Shown here: positions 37,651 to 51,155 of the stretch, in pieces
Position numbering within the stretch: position 1 is the first letter of the stretch
Layout: each line of letters begins with the position of its first letter
Assembly (NCBI GenBank): GCA_013265495.1
Contig: MU057416.1
Location: 1,048,545 to 1,112,544, forward strand
Source: Vicugna vicugna
Taxonomy: Eukaryota
Length of the DNA stretch: 64,000 nt
Direction of reading: 5' to 3'
Translations under genes and position numbers: made by a program
Notes under the pieces: model-generated
Seen by the model: the letters and a program-made list of their open reading frames with translations, nothing else
The model's database searches: none
Told to the model about the DNA's origin: nothing

Positions 37651-39324
37651 GACTATATGGGTCAATTCATACAATCACATTTAAGAGTTATAAAGCCCAA
37701 ACAACTGAATAATAAAAATCGGACATGGGGATTGTATAAGCTTTTATAAATGTGTTCCAATGTTCCCATGGTATGAAAGAGGGCTGCATTCGTGATTATC
37801 TACATGAAGAATTATCCTGCTATACTTTCAGAGCCAAGGGAATCATAAACCAGAGATCTCAGAGTAAGTAAATGATACACTTGGATACAGCACTTCAATT
37901 CTGCCTTTCGCACAGACTGGGTCCTGACCAAATGGAAAAAGGAATTAACTAGCTCAGTAAAATGCCAAACTGAACTCCTTTCCCTGCCACCAGGGAAAAA
38001 TGCAAAAAGGCTCTCCTCACATGCTGTGAGGTCCTTGAGGGCAAGGATGGTGTCTTCAACGTCTACTGCATTTTCCATAACACCCACCAATACGCTAAGG
38101 GATGGTTAACAACACTTTGGTAATAGGAGCTGAGTGATCAATCTTCTGAATCTGAAAATACAGCTCACAGCCACTTCTATGACCACATGCCTCTACCTCA
38201 ATATTGGAAATTTCCTCAAACATGAAAAGAATGAGTAAATTGGAGAGAATTTGATCTTTTTTAAAACGCAGGGATTTTACCGTGATGCTGTTTGGAGGTG
38301 GTCAGCTGCGAGCACGGCCAGGCAGGGCCCCGCGCTCACAGCCCCTTCCCTGGCCTCCCGGCGCAGGACTGGCCGCCGCAGCTCACGGCGCGCCCGGCTC
38401 GAAGCGGGGCCTGAGCAGAGGCCGGGTCGCTGGCTCTCACACGCTGAAAAGTTTTCTTTTTAGGATTCGACCTCTCTTTGGCTTGCTTCTGGCACTAAAA
38501 TACCTGAAGGCTACCAAACTCTGTCAAAAAAAAAAAAAAAACTTTTGAAAATAAAACCAAAAAAACCTTGAAAAAACAAGGGTAGAAGCTGATCAGCGGT
38601 GTGAAAGCCGAGGACACGAGAACCCAGGGGAGGGACATCTGGAAGAGCAGGGTGCAGGGAGCCGCTCTGTTTTGTCAAAAATATGAGAGACAGTGGTCCA
38701 GAGACAGAAGAAATGCAGGATTTGGGGGTTTTTTTTGTCCTGGGTTTTTCTTTCAAACTTTTCATTTTAAAAGAAAACAGAAGATTTGAGTTGGCAGGTA
38801 TTTTGTTCCATTAGTGTGAAGTGTAAACACGGGGAAAAAAATTAAATTTTAAAAAAGCATTCTTGGAATAAATGAGCGAGTCACAGTAAAATAAATTAAT
38901 TAATTAAACAAATCAGAAATGATCTTTACGAGCAAATTTAATTATGCTTAATACATTTTTTGGTTTGTTTCTAAAGTAACAAAACATCTTTGATCTTAAG
39001 ATTCTAAGTATGTGCACTACTGTGCTGTTTATCTAAAACGCTAGGCTTTTTTCTTTTTCTGTACCAAAAGTGCTTATTCCCCAGTAGCTTGAAAACTCTG
39101 AATATTTTATCTCTTTCTCTCTTTTGACTAATCAGGTCAAAATCAAGACGCTGTAAGAACTGAAACACAGGCAGCTGCATGAGCCACTGTGCTGGGCTCT
39201 CTCTGGGGGTGGGCACCCCCAGCTCGGCCTCGTCTCGGGGAGACGCTGGACCTTGCAACCTGCCCCAGATGCCCAGGGACTCACCTGGCTCCTGAAGGAA
39301 AGGGCAGGCACAGCGGTCTTCTCT

Positions 39325-39353
39325 TGTGTGTGTGTGTGTGGGTGTGTGTGTGT
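39325..39353. repeat. (TG)n microsatellite, imperfect
   Basis: Seen directly; followed by poly-T. Confidence 0.9.
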
Positions 39354-40071
39354 ATTTTTTTTTTTTTTTAGGTAGAAAAAGGAAAAGGGGGAACCTGAAA
39401 GCTGGCATAAGTGAACAGAACACCCACCAGCCTCACAACAGTGACGTGCGGACTCTGGGCAAAGGCATCGTCTTTCACAAATCGCAGAGGCGTTTCCTGG
39501 GACTCAGCAGTGCCTGGAAAAAGACTCAAGTCAGAGGCACAGAAAGGATGTTTTTACTAAGAGATGTTGGATTGTTTCGGTGTATGATCGGTACAGAGGA
39601 AACCTGTGTTAGGTGACCGTTCTGACATTACAGACGGAGCAGGAGTCATCTGCCTTTTGAGAGATGTTAGGAGACCGACATTTGCTGGTTTTCAGGTGTG
39701 AGGCAGAGGAAGGGAACAGCCAGGTTCTTCACATTAAGCCAGGGTGAAAATGCAGCTGCATCCAGGCCGGGCTTCCGGGGGTGGGGTACACCCACCTGTG
39801 GGCAGCTTTACCCAGGGAGCGAGAGGTGGCTGAGCACGGCCACTCCCGCCTGAGTCCCTCTCACACCACCTCAGCCCTGCTGCTGATCTGCGGCTCTGAC
39901 TTGCCCAGCGTGAGCACTCGTGCCTGAGTTCTCCCATCTCATTAAGCGGAGGTAATGGTGTTTGTGCTTTCCTGCTGGCACAATGGGAGTGGAAGTGAAC
40001 GGAGTATTAAAATCTCAGCAATCTAAATAAAGACATCCTGCAAGGCTCCTGGAACACACCTCAGGAGAAAG

Positions 40072-40186
40072 GAGATAGATAGATAGGTAGACAGACAGAC
40101 AGACAGATAGATAGATAGACAGACAGATAGAAATAGACAGAGATAGATAGACAGACAGACACAGATAGATAGAGATAGATAGATAT
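40072..40186. repeat. Compound (GATA)n/(GACA)n tetranucleotide microsatellite
   Basis: gatagatagataggtagacagacagacag... seen directly. Confidence 0.95.
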
Positions 40187-40404
40187 GTATGTATATACAT
40201 GCATGAGGCCATATATGTACATACATGTACATATGTGTGTGTGCTTATATGTACGCACACATTGAATTAACAGCCATCCTGAGTGACATTGGGTGAGGTT
40301 TACATTCTGTAATTTAAAATAGAAAAGCAATGACAAAAATGAAACACTAGCTAGCTTTCAAAGTGATTTTAAAATTCCAAGATGGATAGCACTTTGTGTG
40401 TTTT

Positions 40405-40406
<2 letters not shown>

Positions 40407-40439
<33 letters not shown>

Positions 40440-40446
40440 TGTGTGT
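40407..40446. repeat. (CA)n followed by (GT)n microsatellite
   Basis: acacac...acacgtgtgtgtgt. Confidence 0.9.
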
Positions 40447-41654
40447 TCCTAGTTACAGAGTTCTATTTTAAGATAAGCCGGGAAGAGTAAAATACTTCAT
40501 GGAGATCACAGATTACAAGAGCTGTAAACAAAAATTCCCTAAAGTTATAAAGTACAACTTTTATGTTGCATGCAGAAAGATATTTAAATATTCCGTAAAG
40601 GGTTCTGGAATCATTTTCCTCCATCATCCCTTTCAGGGGCTTGAGGCAGATTTATCATTTTAACCAGTTTTTGTAGATGAGGTAACTAAAGTTGAATAAA
40701 AAAAAAACAGCATCAAAGAAAAATTCAAATTTTAGCTCTTGAAATCCCACTCCCCCGTGACTGGGTATAACAGAAGAATTTGTTTTCAAATTCACAAGTT
40801 TATGGTAAACTCAGTTAAAGGTCTTTAGATGTCTAGGTCATCTTTCTAAAATGTTTTTGAAAACTATTTCTTTAAGAAGCTGCATTTGAAGCACATTTGA
40901 AACTATCTAATAAAACATTTAGAGGGTGTTAACACAATAGCAATTCACATAAAACTTCAGCAGTTGTCAGCACAATAGGCCTTTTGTACCTCTTGGTGAC
41001 TTTGGGACTACGGCAGTAGTCCTGAAGTCCTTGCAGTAAATCAAATTGTCCAGCCTCCTTCTAGAACAATGACAGTCGTCCAGCGGGGGCTTAAGACAAG
41101 GCACAGAGCATTGTGGGTCCTAAGTTGGGCCAATAGTCGATAACGCTGTTACTGATGTCAAACAAGATAAAACCAGAAATACCTAATTTGTTGTCAAATG
41201 GGTTTGAAACCCAACCTTAAAAAAGAAACAAAACCCTAACTGATTCCACAGACGCGAGCACGTCTCTGTTTTCTGCCTTTCACTTTTAGACTTGGGCGGC
41301 TCCCACGCGCCTTCGTTGATCAAATAATTAATGGATGGGTACTTTCTGCAGAAAACAGAACGTCAGCATTTGCAGGCGGGAACAGACGTCCTGCACAGGG
41401 GACACGAGGACACCTTCTCTGCTCCGACCGTCTCCTAGTGCTCACAAGCGAAGGCCAGGTCGGCAAAGTCAGTGACACCCTGCCCCCAACGTGGTGAGGC
41501 AAAAACTTATCCAAGCGGCATCCGTGGCAGGTTCAAGCCCCCTAAAGAGGCAGCCGGGGGCAGAGGCCAAGTGCAAAGCGGACATAGCGGAGTCCCACTT
41601 TCCCCATTTACCATCTCTCCCACCTTGTGCCGTTGCACAGACGCGCCGTGGGGC

Positions 41655-41785
41655 CGCTCTTGACCTTTAAAGTGGGGACAATCACAGCACCTACCTCACA
41701 GGGCTGTGGAACAAATAAGTTAATTCACATGAAGCGCCTAGAACAGCGTCTGGACAGAGTAACCAGGACTTAAATGTTTGCTCTG
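41655..41785 (+). mobile_element. MIR 3' fragment
   Basis: aaagtggggacaatcacagcacctacctcacagggctgtgg...gaagcgcctagaacagcgtctgg. Confidence 0.7.
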
Positions 41786-43625
41786 GCCAGTGAGATTGAA
41801 AGAAGGCAGGGCAGGAATATTCCAATGAGATCATTTCTATAAAAGCACCAGGGACGTTTTGACAAGTCAGGATATATTTTCATCTATTGTTTTCATGGTG
41901 AGAATGATCTATCCTTTTACTTACATCCAAGCTGATTTTCAACATCCCCTCAATAAACTTGGTATAAAAAAATACTTTGAGCTGTACGGGATACAGAATT
42001 GTGGGTTTTATCCATGGCAAAGACCAAAATCACTTTAAAATTTTTATCAAATGCCTCCAGTTTACCAGCTAGTCAAACTGGAAGTCACATCCACCCACGT
42101 TACAAAGTATGGCGCTTACCCTGGGTGCTATCATGAAAAGAAAATCGGCGTGAACTGTTCAAATCGCCGGCTCTCTTTAACTGACGCTGCAGACCGCTGG
42201 CACGGTGATCAGCCGCAGAAAACCCCAGCCAGCCACGGGGCCCCGACTGAGACTGCATCTGGGAGAAGGTAAAAGTGTCTTTATTTTTGATGAACTAAAT
42301 AAAGGGGAAAACATTCCTCAAATTCTTCTCCAGTTCCGAGCCTCTCTGCAAGAATCTGAACTCCAATCGTATCAGGAACGGGAGCCCTGCAAGCTGGGAG
42401 AAGCCCCTAAAACCTGTGTGTTCAACTTAGAATTTACGCACAACCAGGGACAGCAAGAACGTGTAGCTGTTTGTGGTTCTGTTGCAATGGGCTGTCCCCA
42501 GACGTGTCCCTAGAATAGCAACTAGAAAGCCAGGTGCCCTCCGTCTAAAAGCTCTAAGTTTTTTTTAAAATGATCCTTCATCTCCGGCATCTCAGCTGTG
42601 GCTTCCCTGAAGCTCACACGCTTGGGGGTTTTTCAAAAAATTGTTTTCTCAGGTGTTGTCACCCTTCACTTCTCAACCGTCAGAAGTTTTCAGATTTCTA
42701 TCTCTGTTGAAAAATAAAATAGGTTTTGGTTTTGCAATTTACCTTGTTACTATGTCCCTGCCTATGGGACCAGCACGGTGCTGCCCTCCCCGCCTCGAAC
42801 ACAGGAAAATACGGCCTCCTGCCCTGTGGCTCTCGTCCCCTGTTTTCCTGTCTTTTCACTGATGACTCATAAGCGGTGAGATGACAGAGGCGACTCTGCA
42901 GGGAGGCCAGGCTGTAGGACGAGGGAGGAAAAGGGCCCGACCACTGTGTCCTTCCACCTGGTCCACGTGACCAGGCTCTTCTGCCATCTCCCAGGGGACA
43001 TTCTGACCTTCTTCTTGTGGTTTCCTCCGACAGGCCTGTCTCCTCACAGATCGCCGGGCAGCCCCGTAAGAATGTCAATGACCGTATGCCAACCTCTTAG
43101 CGGAGCAGAACATTGAGGACCAGGCTGGCTGTGGAGTTTACCGCGGTCACTGCCGGGACACACTTGACCTCATTTGAAGCCAGGTCTGGTCCCAGCTCCA
43201 TAAAGGATCGGGGAAGCAGAGTGATGGGCGCCCAGGCTCTAGGACCAGACAGACCTGCGCATCATGGCTCCAGGCCTTTGAAGCTGATTGGCTCTGGGCA
43301 AGTGATTGAACCCCACAAATCTCCAGTGTCCTCATTCTTAAAAGAGTTCTGGTGAATATTTCCCCATGGAGGAATTAAAATCATTTACCCAAACCAGGAT
43401 GCTTGAAATGATTAAACGAGACCCTCTACATCGGAACTGGGCCCAGTCTGGCCACATAGCAGGGAAAAGTCAGCGGTTAATCCACATGGCATAGCCAACC
43501 GTGCACCCTACCAACCAAGGACAGAGTCACCTTCCTACTTCCTTCCCCAGGTGATCAGCCCCAGTCCACACCACCAGGGTCCTCACCATCTCTCCCCTTT
43601 TTCCACCTTCTCCATTTCTCTAACA

Positions 43626-43715
43626 TTTTCTTTTTCTTTTTCTTTTTTTTTTTTTTTTTTTGAGGGTATTGAACCCAGGACCTCGTGCCCTGCTAAGTAT
43701 GTGCTCTGCCACTGA
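43626..43715 (-). mobile_element. vic-1-like SINE (partial)
   Basis: poly-T then gggtattgaacccaggacctcgtgccctgctaagtatgtgctctgccactga. Confidence 0.85.
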
Positions 43716-44470
43716 CCTGTAGTCATCCCAGTTTCCCTAACATTTAATCCCATTTCCCATGATCTCCCTCTTTTTTTTTTTTTGTCTTTTTCTTTCCTTT
43801 CTTGGTCTAAGATCTTCTTTCTCAATACCATCCCTTCCCCAGATGTTCACTGAGGGCCCACAAGGTGTGAGCCTTGTGCTGGGGACCAGGGACAGACAAG
43901 TAAAAGTCTCCCCTCTAAGCAAGCAAGTCAAAGGGAAAGTGCGCTGTCACAGCACAGACGTGAGTGTTGCACATAATGCAGAACGTGGATAATAACACGG
44001 CGGGCCGTACATAAGGGAGCACACGGGGGCTCAACAGCAGAGGAAGAACATTCGGCGGAGACTGGAGACGTGCAGAGACCCAGGGAAATGCCCCGAGGGC
44101 CCGTCATGTGCCAGGTGTCACACTGACCACTTGGAACAGACTGTTAAGTGTTCACAGCAGAGACCAGAGGTGGGCACTGGCATCCTCCAACTAGAACTTC
44201 CCTGCACTGCTTCAGAGCCCCAGAGGGTGAGCGCTCGCTGAGCACCTGCTGCACGGCAGTCTCAACGATAAGGAAACACACTTCAAATCATTTCACTCTT
44301 TACAACTACCCTGTACTATTACTAGCGCCATTTGACTGAGGCACAGAAAGACATACAACTAAGAAGTGACAAGGCCGGGTTGTTCAAATCAGCAAAATTA
44401 CTTCATGAGCACTAAACGTCCAACAACCGAAGAAGGATAAGTTATGAAGGAGCCATTTAGAGGAACAGTA

Positions 44471-44560
44471 GGGGAGGGGAAGGCTCAGTGGGAAAGCGCG
44501 TGCTTAGCATGCATGAGGTCCTGGGTTCAATCCCCAGTACATCCATTAAAAAAATAAAAA
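44471..44560 (+). mobile_element. vic-1-like SINE
   Basis: ggggaggggaaggctcagtgggaaagcgcgtgcttagcatgcatgaggtcctgggttcaatccccagtac. Confidence 0.88.
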
Positions 44561-47500
44561 CAGTGGCCAGAAGTCTAAAATAATGTTTTAGAAAAAAATG
44601 CAGTGGGATGGGAAAATATTTATCATATAATGGTAAACCTTTAAAGGGGCTGAACATAAAACAGTGTATACAATATGGTGCCAATCTTGTGTTGAAGTAC
44701 TCAGATGCACAGGAAAAGACTGGAAGAAATACTTCAAAGCTTTAAGATCTCGAGAAGTCAGGATTGCAGGGGAGTCGCATGTCTCCTCTTTATGCAGGTC
44801 TGCATTTTCTAAGTTGCTTGAATCTCTCTATCTGTATATATATCTACATGCATGCAGATTTTCACCTGAAGGCACAAATGTGATCATACGCCTATACTTT
44901 GTTTTCTTCTCTTTTGCTCAGATCTCCCACTGACACAGTCACCTTGCATTGCTCAGGCAACAATAAACACACATGACCCCGCCTGGCCTTGCAGAAGTCT
45001 CTGCTGAGCTTGTTTTAATGGCTGCATTGTAGCCAACGAAGTGGAGACACTGTAATTTATGCAGCCATTCCTCAACTGCTGGCCACTCTGCTTGCATGTA
45101 TCCATTTTGTTTACCCCGTTAAAGAGTTGCTCCAAGCACATATCTTAAACACAGGCGGGGCGCAGCTCCCGTGGGCCAGGGCGAGGACCCTGCGCGTTCC
45201 ACAGCCGCTCCTGGCCCCACGGCGCTGCGTGCGCTGCATCTCTGGGGAGAACCTTTGTGACTTGGCTCGCTCTGATTTGCCCTCAAGGATACTCCAGCAC
45301 TGCCTCCTCCAGGATGCTGCCTCTCATTCCCCCTCAGATGGATTAGGGTCACCTAGGTGTCGCCCAGCATCTTCAGCTCTGAAAAACAATTCCCATTACT
45401 TCTGTCTTTCACCAAATTGAACCTCATGAGGTCAGCACCAGTTAGAGGCTCCAGCATGTTTTAGCTGATAAAGTAAATGGATGGATGGAGACATGAACAA
45501 ATGAAGAGATGGCTGAATGGACAGAGGCATGAAACATTATGCCCTTTGGAGGAATGACCAGTAGTTCTTTGTAGCTGGAGTGTAGAATGAAAGAGAAGAT
45601 AGAGGAGAAGACAGATCGGAGAAGTTTAAAAAAAAGAAGGTCAGCTCCTAACAGGTCTTGTGCATTAAACTCAAACAGTATGAACTTTATCCTAAAGAGG
45701 ATGGCAAATCACTGAAGAATTCTAAGCAGCAGAATATCATTCTTAAATTTTACAAAATCTTTAAGCAAGAGAGTGGGGAGAGTTCTAGAAGAAGCCAGAG
45801 CAAGGGCAAAGAACCATGGGGAGATAAAGGAAGTGATCGAAGGGGAGAGTGGTGAGGGTCCTCCGTGTGCCCATCAGCAGGCTGGACCTGCCATACCTGC
45901 GTTGTCATTCAGCCTTCCCACCATCTCAAGAGTTGTGGTTGGTGCTGCTGAGAAAGCAATGTTAAAGGAAACAGAGAACTCACCAAGGGCCAGGCTGTCA
46001 ATCAGTGCGGTGCCCAGACCGGACCTGAAGCCCCTCTGGCTCAAAGCCGGAGAGCTGCCCAGCGTGGACGTCAGAAGCCAAGGCAATGGGGGGACTAGAG
46101 CGGAGGGGACGCCCTGGAGGGGTGTTAAGGAAGCGGAAGGGACTGAGCTCGGCAACTGAGTAGACAGGGCAAGTGAGAGAGAGACTTTTAGGACGACACC
46201 CAAATTTCTGATTTAGGAATTTGGTGATGTCCTTCATCAAAAAAAGGTATTTGAAATTAAAGATGAGTTCATCTGGGGCGTGGGGAGTTGGTGCCACACT
46301 TACGATTTGTTGCTATTTCATACATGCTTACACCGTTTCAGGACATGACGCATCAGCGAATCTACCTTTAAAGTCGCCTGCGTTTCCCCAGGGTGTCTCC
46401 CCAGCCATCAGAATTAACCATGTTAGCTGGTGTTTATTGAATGACTGCCATGAGCCAGGCATATATAGTATTTAATTCAGAAAATAATTTTACAAGGCAG
46501 AATCTTGTCATTCTCAAGATTTAATTTCAGACCTTGAGCAGTGAAGTCAGACTAGGATTTGAACCCAGTTCTGTCATATACCACTGCTGTAGTGCTGAGA
46601 AATTACTTAAATTTTCCAATATTTTCATATGCAAAGCAGAGGTAAATAAAATAATTAGTCTTAGGATTAAATGACAGAGTGTATGTAAAGCACTTAACAG
46701 AGGGCCTGACATACAATACCTGCTTGATAAATGGAAAACACATGAAGATATATATAGAGGTGAAAAAGGTTGAAAAACTAGTCAAAAACCACCTACCTAG
46801 TAACAACTGTCCCAAATCTCATATATATCCTAACATTAATATAATTAATTGGAATAAAGCTTTACAATCATAATAAAGGCCAAAAAGGCACTAAATTTAA
46901 ACACAGCACAGTTAAGTTTGGGTAGTCATGGAAGTTAATGGAAAAGAATCAATAATTAAAATTTCACGACAACTCCATTTTTTTATTTATCTGTAATATC
47001 AACTGTCTTTTTCTTTCATATTAAGAACAGAAAAATTGGATGGCTTGTGGGTTTCTGGGAAATGCAAAAGAATTTGAAAAATCTAAAAGACAGTGGCATC
47101 TAAATAAATAATGCTTGAGGGTAAACTTGTTAGATTCGTGGAATTAAAAATAAAAGGTCAAAAGTAAGGCTACCTCCTTCCAGCCCATTTGCGTTTTCCT
47201 CAGTTTCATGCAGCTTAAGACGACCTTTCTGAGTATCTTCAGGTTTTTTTCAATTAACCCTTTCTTTTATTCTTTTATCTTTTCTTTCCCCAAACAATGT
47301 GCGTTTATGCCTTTACTACCGTCAGCAGATGGATGGCTGAGGTTTTGACTAGTCACAGATGGCTGTGTATTAAGAAATTGTGTAAGGAGTAGATAGTTTT
47401 AAATTATACTTTATCATTTTTGATTAAACATTTTCTTTTATCACAAAGGATTGAAAAGGCAAAAAAAGAAAAACCCCAGTAAAGCAGTGTCTCTTAGAAT

Positions 47501-47679
47501 AACTGGAACACAATCAAGGTTGAGTTATGTTAGCGCCATGTAAGATTTAGCCGTGAGAAATGCTTCAGTCTAGAAGAATGATTACTTTATTCAGGTGGTC
47601 TATCAGATGATGATAGTTAGTAAATACATAATGTTCAGTTTCATGCATTAAGAATGTCTGAGATCTATTTTGTGTGTCT

Positions 47680-47811
47680 ATATTTTTTTGTGTTTTTGGG
47701 GGGGCGTAATTAGGTTTGTTTGTTGGTTGGTTTATTCATTTCAGTGGAGGTCCTGGGGACTGAACCCAGGACCTCATGCACAAACTCTATGACCGAGTTA
47801 TGCCCTCCCCT
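47680..47811 (-). mobile_element. vic-1-like SINE
   Basis: gggggggcgtaattaggtttg...tggaggtcctggggactgaacccaggacctcatgc. Confidence 0.85.
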
Positions 47812-47909
47812 CTGTGTCTCCATAGTTTGTTTTTAATCACTATATAATTTCTAGGGAAATCACTTTGGATACGCTACGGATCCCCCTTTAAAAACAGTTT
47901 AGACAATGG

Positions 47910-48065
47910 CTTGCAGTAACTTGTAATGGAAAAGAATATGTATATATATATATATGTCTGTGTGTAACTTAATCACTATGCTGTACACCAGAAACTAATA
48001 GAACGTTGTAAATCAACTATACTTAAAAAGGAAAAATATCAAAAAACCAAAAAAGGAAAAAAAAT
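47910..48065 (+). mobile_element. L1 3' tail fragment
   Basis: tgtaatggaaaagaatatg...aatcactatgctgtacaccagaaactaat...gtaaatcaactatac. Confidence 0.8.
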
Positions 48066-50769
48066 CGACTCTATCACTAAATAAATAAACAATAAAAACC
48101 GCTTAGATAATTTAGTTATTTGTCCAAAAGTTTTAAATGGCCTTCCATGGAGACAAAATGGCACTGAGTTTATTTCGTTTACTCTGATAGGAATCGTCCG
48201 TCATCAGACTCAGGTCTCAGGTTCTAAGAAACGTGGGGAACCCAGCACAAGCCTACAGAATAAAGTTTTAAACGTTTCAATTGCTGAAAGATTGCCTGGG
48301 GCTCTGTTCAATTATTAGTGCTATAAAAAGTGACTAATATTTACCTGGCCATAAGAGCTCTGTGTAAAGGTAACTTATCTTCCCTGCCAGGTGCTGTATT
48401 TCTCACCGTTATTGAAAAGAAGGGGAAGAAATCTTTACACGGTCATTACTTTTCCAAGTCTGCCACCCCACCATCTTCTATAATTTGAGGCTTGGGCATT
48501 GTTAAGGCAGCTGGTTTTTTTTTTTTTCAACAACACTAGCCCAGCTCCTAAATGAAATCAGCGACAAATAACTTTGTGAGTGAAGGGTACCAGCAAAAAT
48601 GCCCCGGTAAGCAACGGCTTGGCGCTAACTGGTTTCTGCATTTACAAGTCCTTTGCAAACACCTTAAAGATCTGGTGCAATCAGTCCCTTCGAGGGACGA
48701 GTAGTTTAGGGTGCTTGTTCTTAATCAATCCAAATGTAAACCCACCTAAAGGGCCTTTCTGGTATCTGCCTCTGCCTGGTGCTCACCAGAAATCCAATAT
48801 TGCAAGAATATCAGTTCCTAATGGATATGTCTCAACGTCTTGGAAGAGTGTATGCAGGAAGTTTACAGCGACTGTAACTCATTAACCGAACTCCAGCGTC
48901 ATCACGCACTGTGGGTTTAGTCGATGTTACCGAACACCTTTTGGCTTTTGGCAAAGATGCCCAGGTGTCATTAGTTATCTGTCAATCATTTACAAATCCT
49001 CTCCAAAATCGTGTTTTCTCATTATGAACATGTATCCCTGTAAATGTGAGTCATTGCACGTTGCTCCAAGGTGGTGCCCGATGAGTGGAGAGTGAAAGTG
49101 ATAAAAACAGAATGCCCCCCTTCGCCGAAGGAGACGGCCAGACCGCGCCTCGAGTGAGAAGAAGAATCGCTCAAAACTGAGGCTACGATTCGCTTGGTGC
49201 TTTTCCAGCATAGCTGGGACCGAAATCGCCCGTTAACCATCTTCGGGGCTGAGTTCCAAGCACCTGCTGTCGGTATCACATGTGAATGTCACACCAGCCT
49301 TTCTTTCACAAAAATATGTTCGTTTCTCACAAAGTACTGAGTGTCTGTTTCTATTAAATTAGCCTGCTAGATAAGCTTCAAAAGACCGAGGTCACTCATT
49401 AATGTGACGTTTCCTCAGCGTGCCAGTAAGTCCCACAGGAAAGGGAGTCAGAGAGTGACAAACAACAAACAGTATTTTTAAAGGTTCTGGTGGGAGTCAC
49501 TAGGAACCCAGCAACGCTATCACCCCTCAACGTTCATGGAGTATTTTGTAAACAATCCTGTCAGCATAGCATATAACAAACACGACCTATAACAAAGTAC
49601 AAAGCTCAGTCTTTTTCACTGTTTCATATTTTGTCAACCGTACACAAAAAGGAGGAGAACCGAAGCCGAGCACCACGGAACGCTATTGAGCCACACACGC
49701 AAGGTCTCCCGCGGGGTGTCAAGCAGCACCCGTGAGTGAGAGCTGGCATCCAAAGCCAAACGCACACAGAAGCTTGCGTGTGTCTTCCAAAATCCCACTA
49801 TGGAAAACGAGTCTCTCCCAGGACCCCAGTCACAGGGTCCCTACTGGTTTCTCATGGCGTCAAAACATGCACTTGCTCTCTGGCACCACACTGAGCACTT
49901 TCTACATACAATCTCACTTCTCACAACAAACACTACTGGATTCCATAATTTTTGTCCTTTTTACTTGAAGACTTCAAAGCTCAAAGAGGTCAAGCATTAC
50001 TTGGCCCCTGAGTAGGGGACAAAGTTGTGAACTTTCTGATCCTAAATTCTAGGCTCTCATGCACAGGTGGGCTGCATTCACCAACTACAGCTGAATGGTT
50101 TTTCAGAGGAAGACAGATGTGTGGGAAGATCAGATGGACGACGCTATTTCATGGACTGAATAACATGTGAAGCCTTAACAAATGTGTGTCTGACACGCAG
50201 GCATCTATGAGAGAAGCTCTACATCTTCCAAAGCAGTTACAGGCGTGAGCTACGCCTGCAAAAATGTATGCCCCTTCTGGATTTCCATCTGGAAATTCGG
50301 GGAGAAATTGTTGTTTCAGTAAAAATCGTATTCTGAAATTCACTGTGTATCTAAAGGAAAGATGTAAGCTAAGTAAACAGTATCTACTACTGCATGAATG
50401 CCGAGTAGAGTGCACACAAAAGCTCACATCTCAAAGGAAAAGCAGCCTGTCCGTCAAACACCATCTCCAGCGACCAGCCAAGGTCACAGCTCCCTCACCC
50501 GGGGAGCACCACTGCCGGTTCTAAACCGCTCACCCCCTATGACAGGTCTCCTCCGCAGTCCCACCCTGAGGAGGCTCTATGCACGTCTCACGGGGCCCAC
50601 ACGGCCACCTCTCACCTCGACTTCCAGGCGGCGCCCAGACCCCACCCATCCAAACCGGAGCCAGAGGTGAGCGTGCCGGGCGGGGCTCGGAGTCAGCGGC
50701 GCAGAGCGAGGCGGCGGCAGGCCTTTCTCCGTTCTCATTTCTCTTCCATCTGGTCTCTCCATATGGCGC

Positions 50770-51155
50770 TTTTTTAAAAAACCTTCAGTCTAGTCAGTTC
50801 ACAGTGCTGGGTCAATGTCTGGTGCACCGCATCACGTTTCAGTCACACACGGACATACGTATATTCATTTTCATATTCTTTTCATCACAGAGGCTGCAAG
50901 ATATTGAATAGAACTCCTTGTGCTCTACGGTAGGAACTTGTTGTTTATCTATTTTACACATGATAGTATCTCAGACCTCGAACTCCCAATTTATCCCTTC
51001 CCACCCCGTCTCCCCCCAGCAACCGTAAGTTTGTCTTCGATGTCTGGGAGTCTGTTTCTGGTTTGTAAGCAAGTTTGCTTGTGTCTTCTGTTTTTCGACT
51101 TCACACATAAATGATGCCATGTGGCATTTTTCTTTCTCTTTCTGGCTTCCTTCAC
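50770..51155 (-). mobile_element. L1 3'-UTR fragment
   Basis: atctcagacctcgaactcccaatttatcccttcccacccc...ttttctttctctttctggcttccttcac. Confidence 0.85.

Noticed and set aside
48560..49300. Unique-looking segment that might be a pseudogene or old transposon
   Set aside because: No frame gave recognisable motifs; it cannot be assigned without a search.
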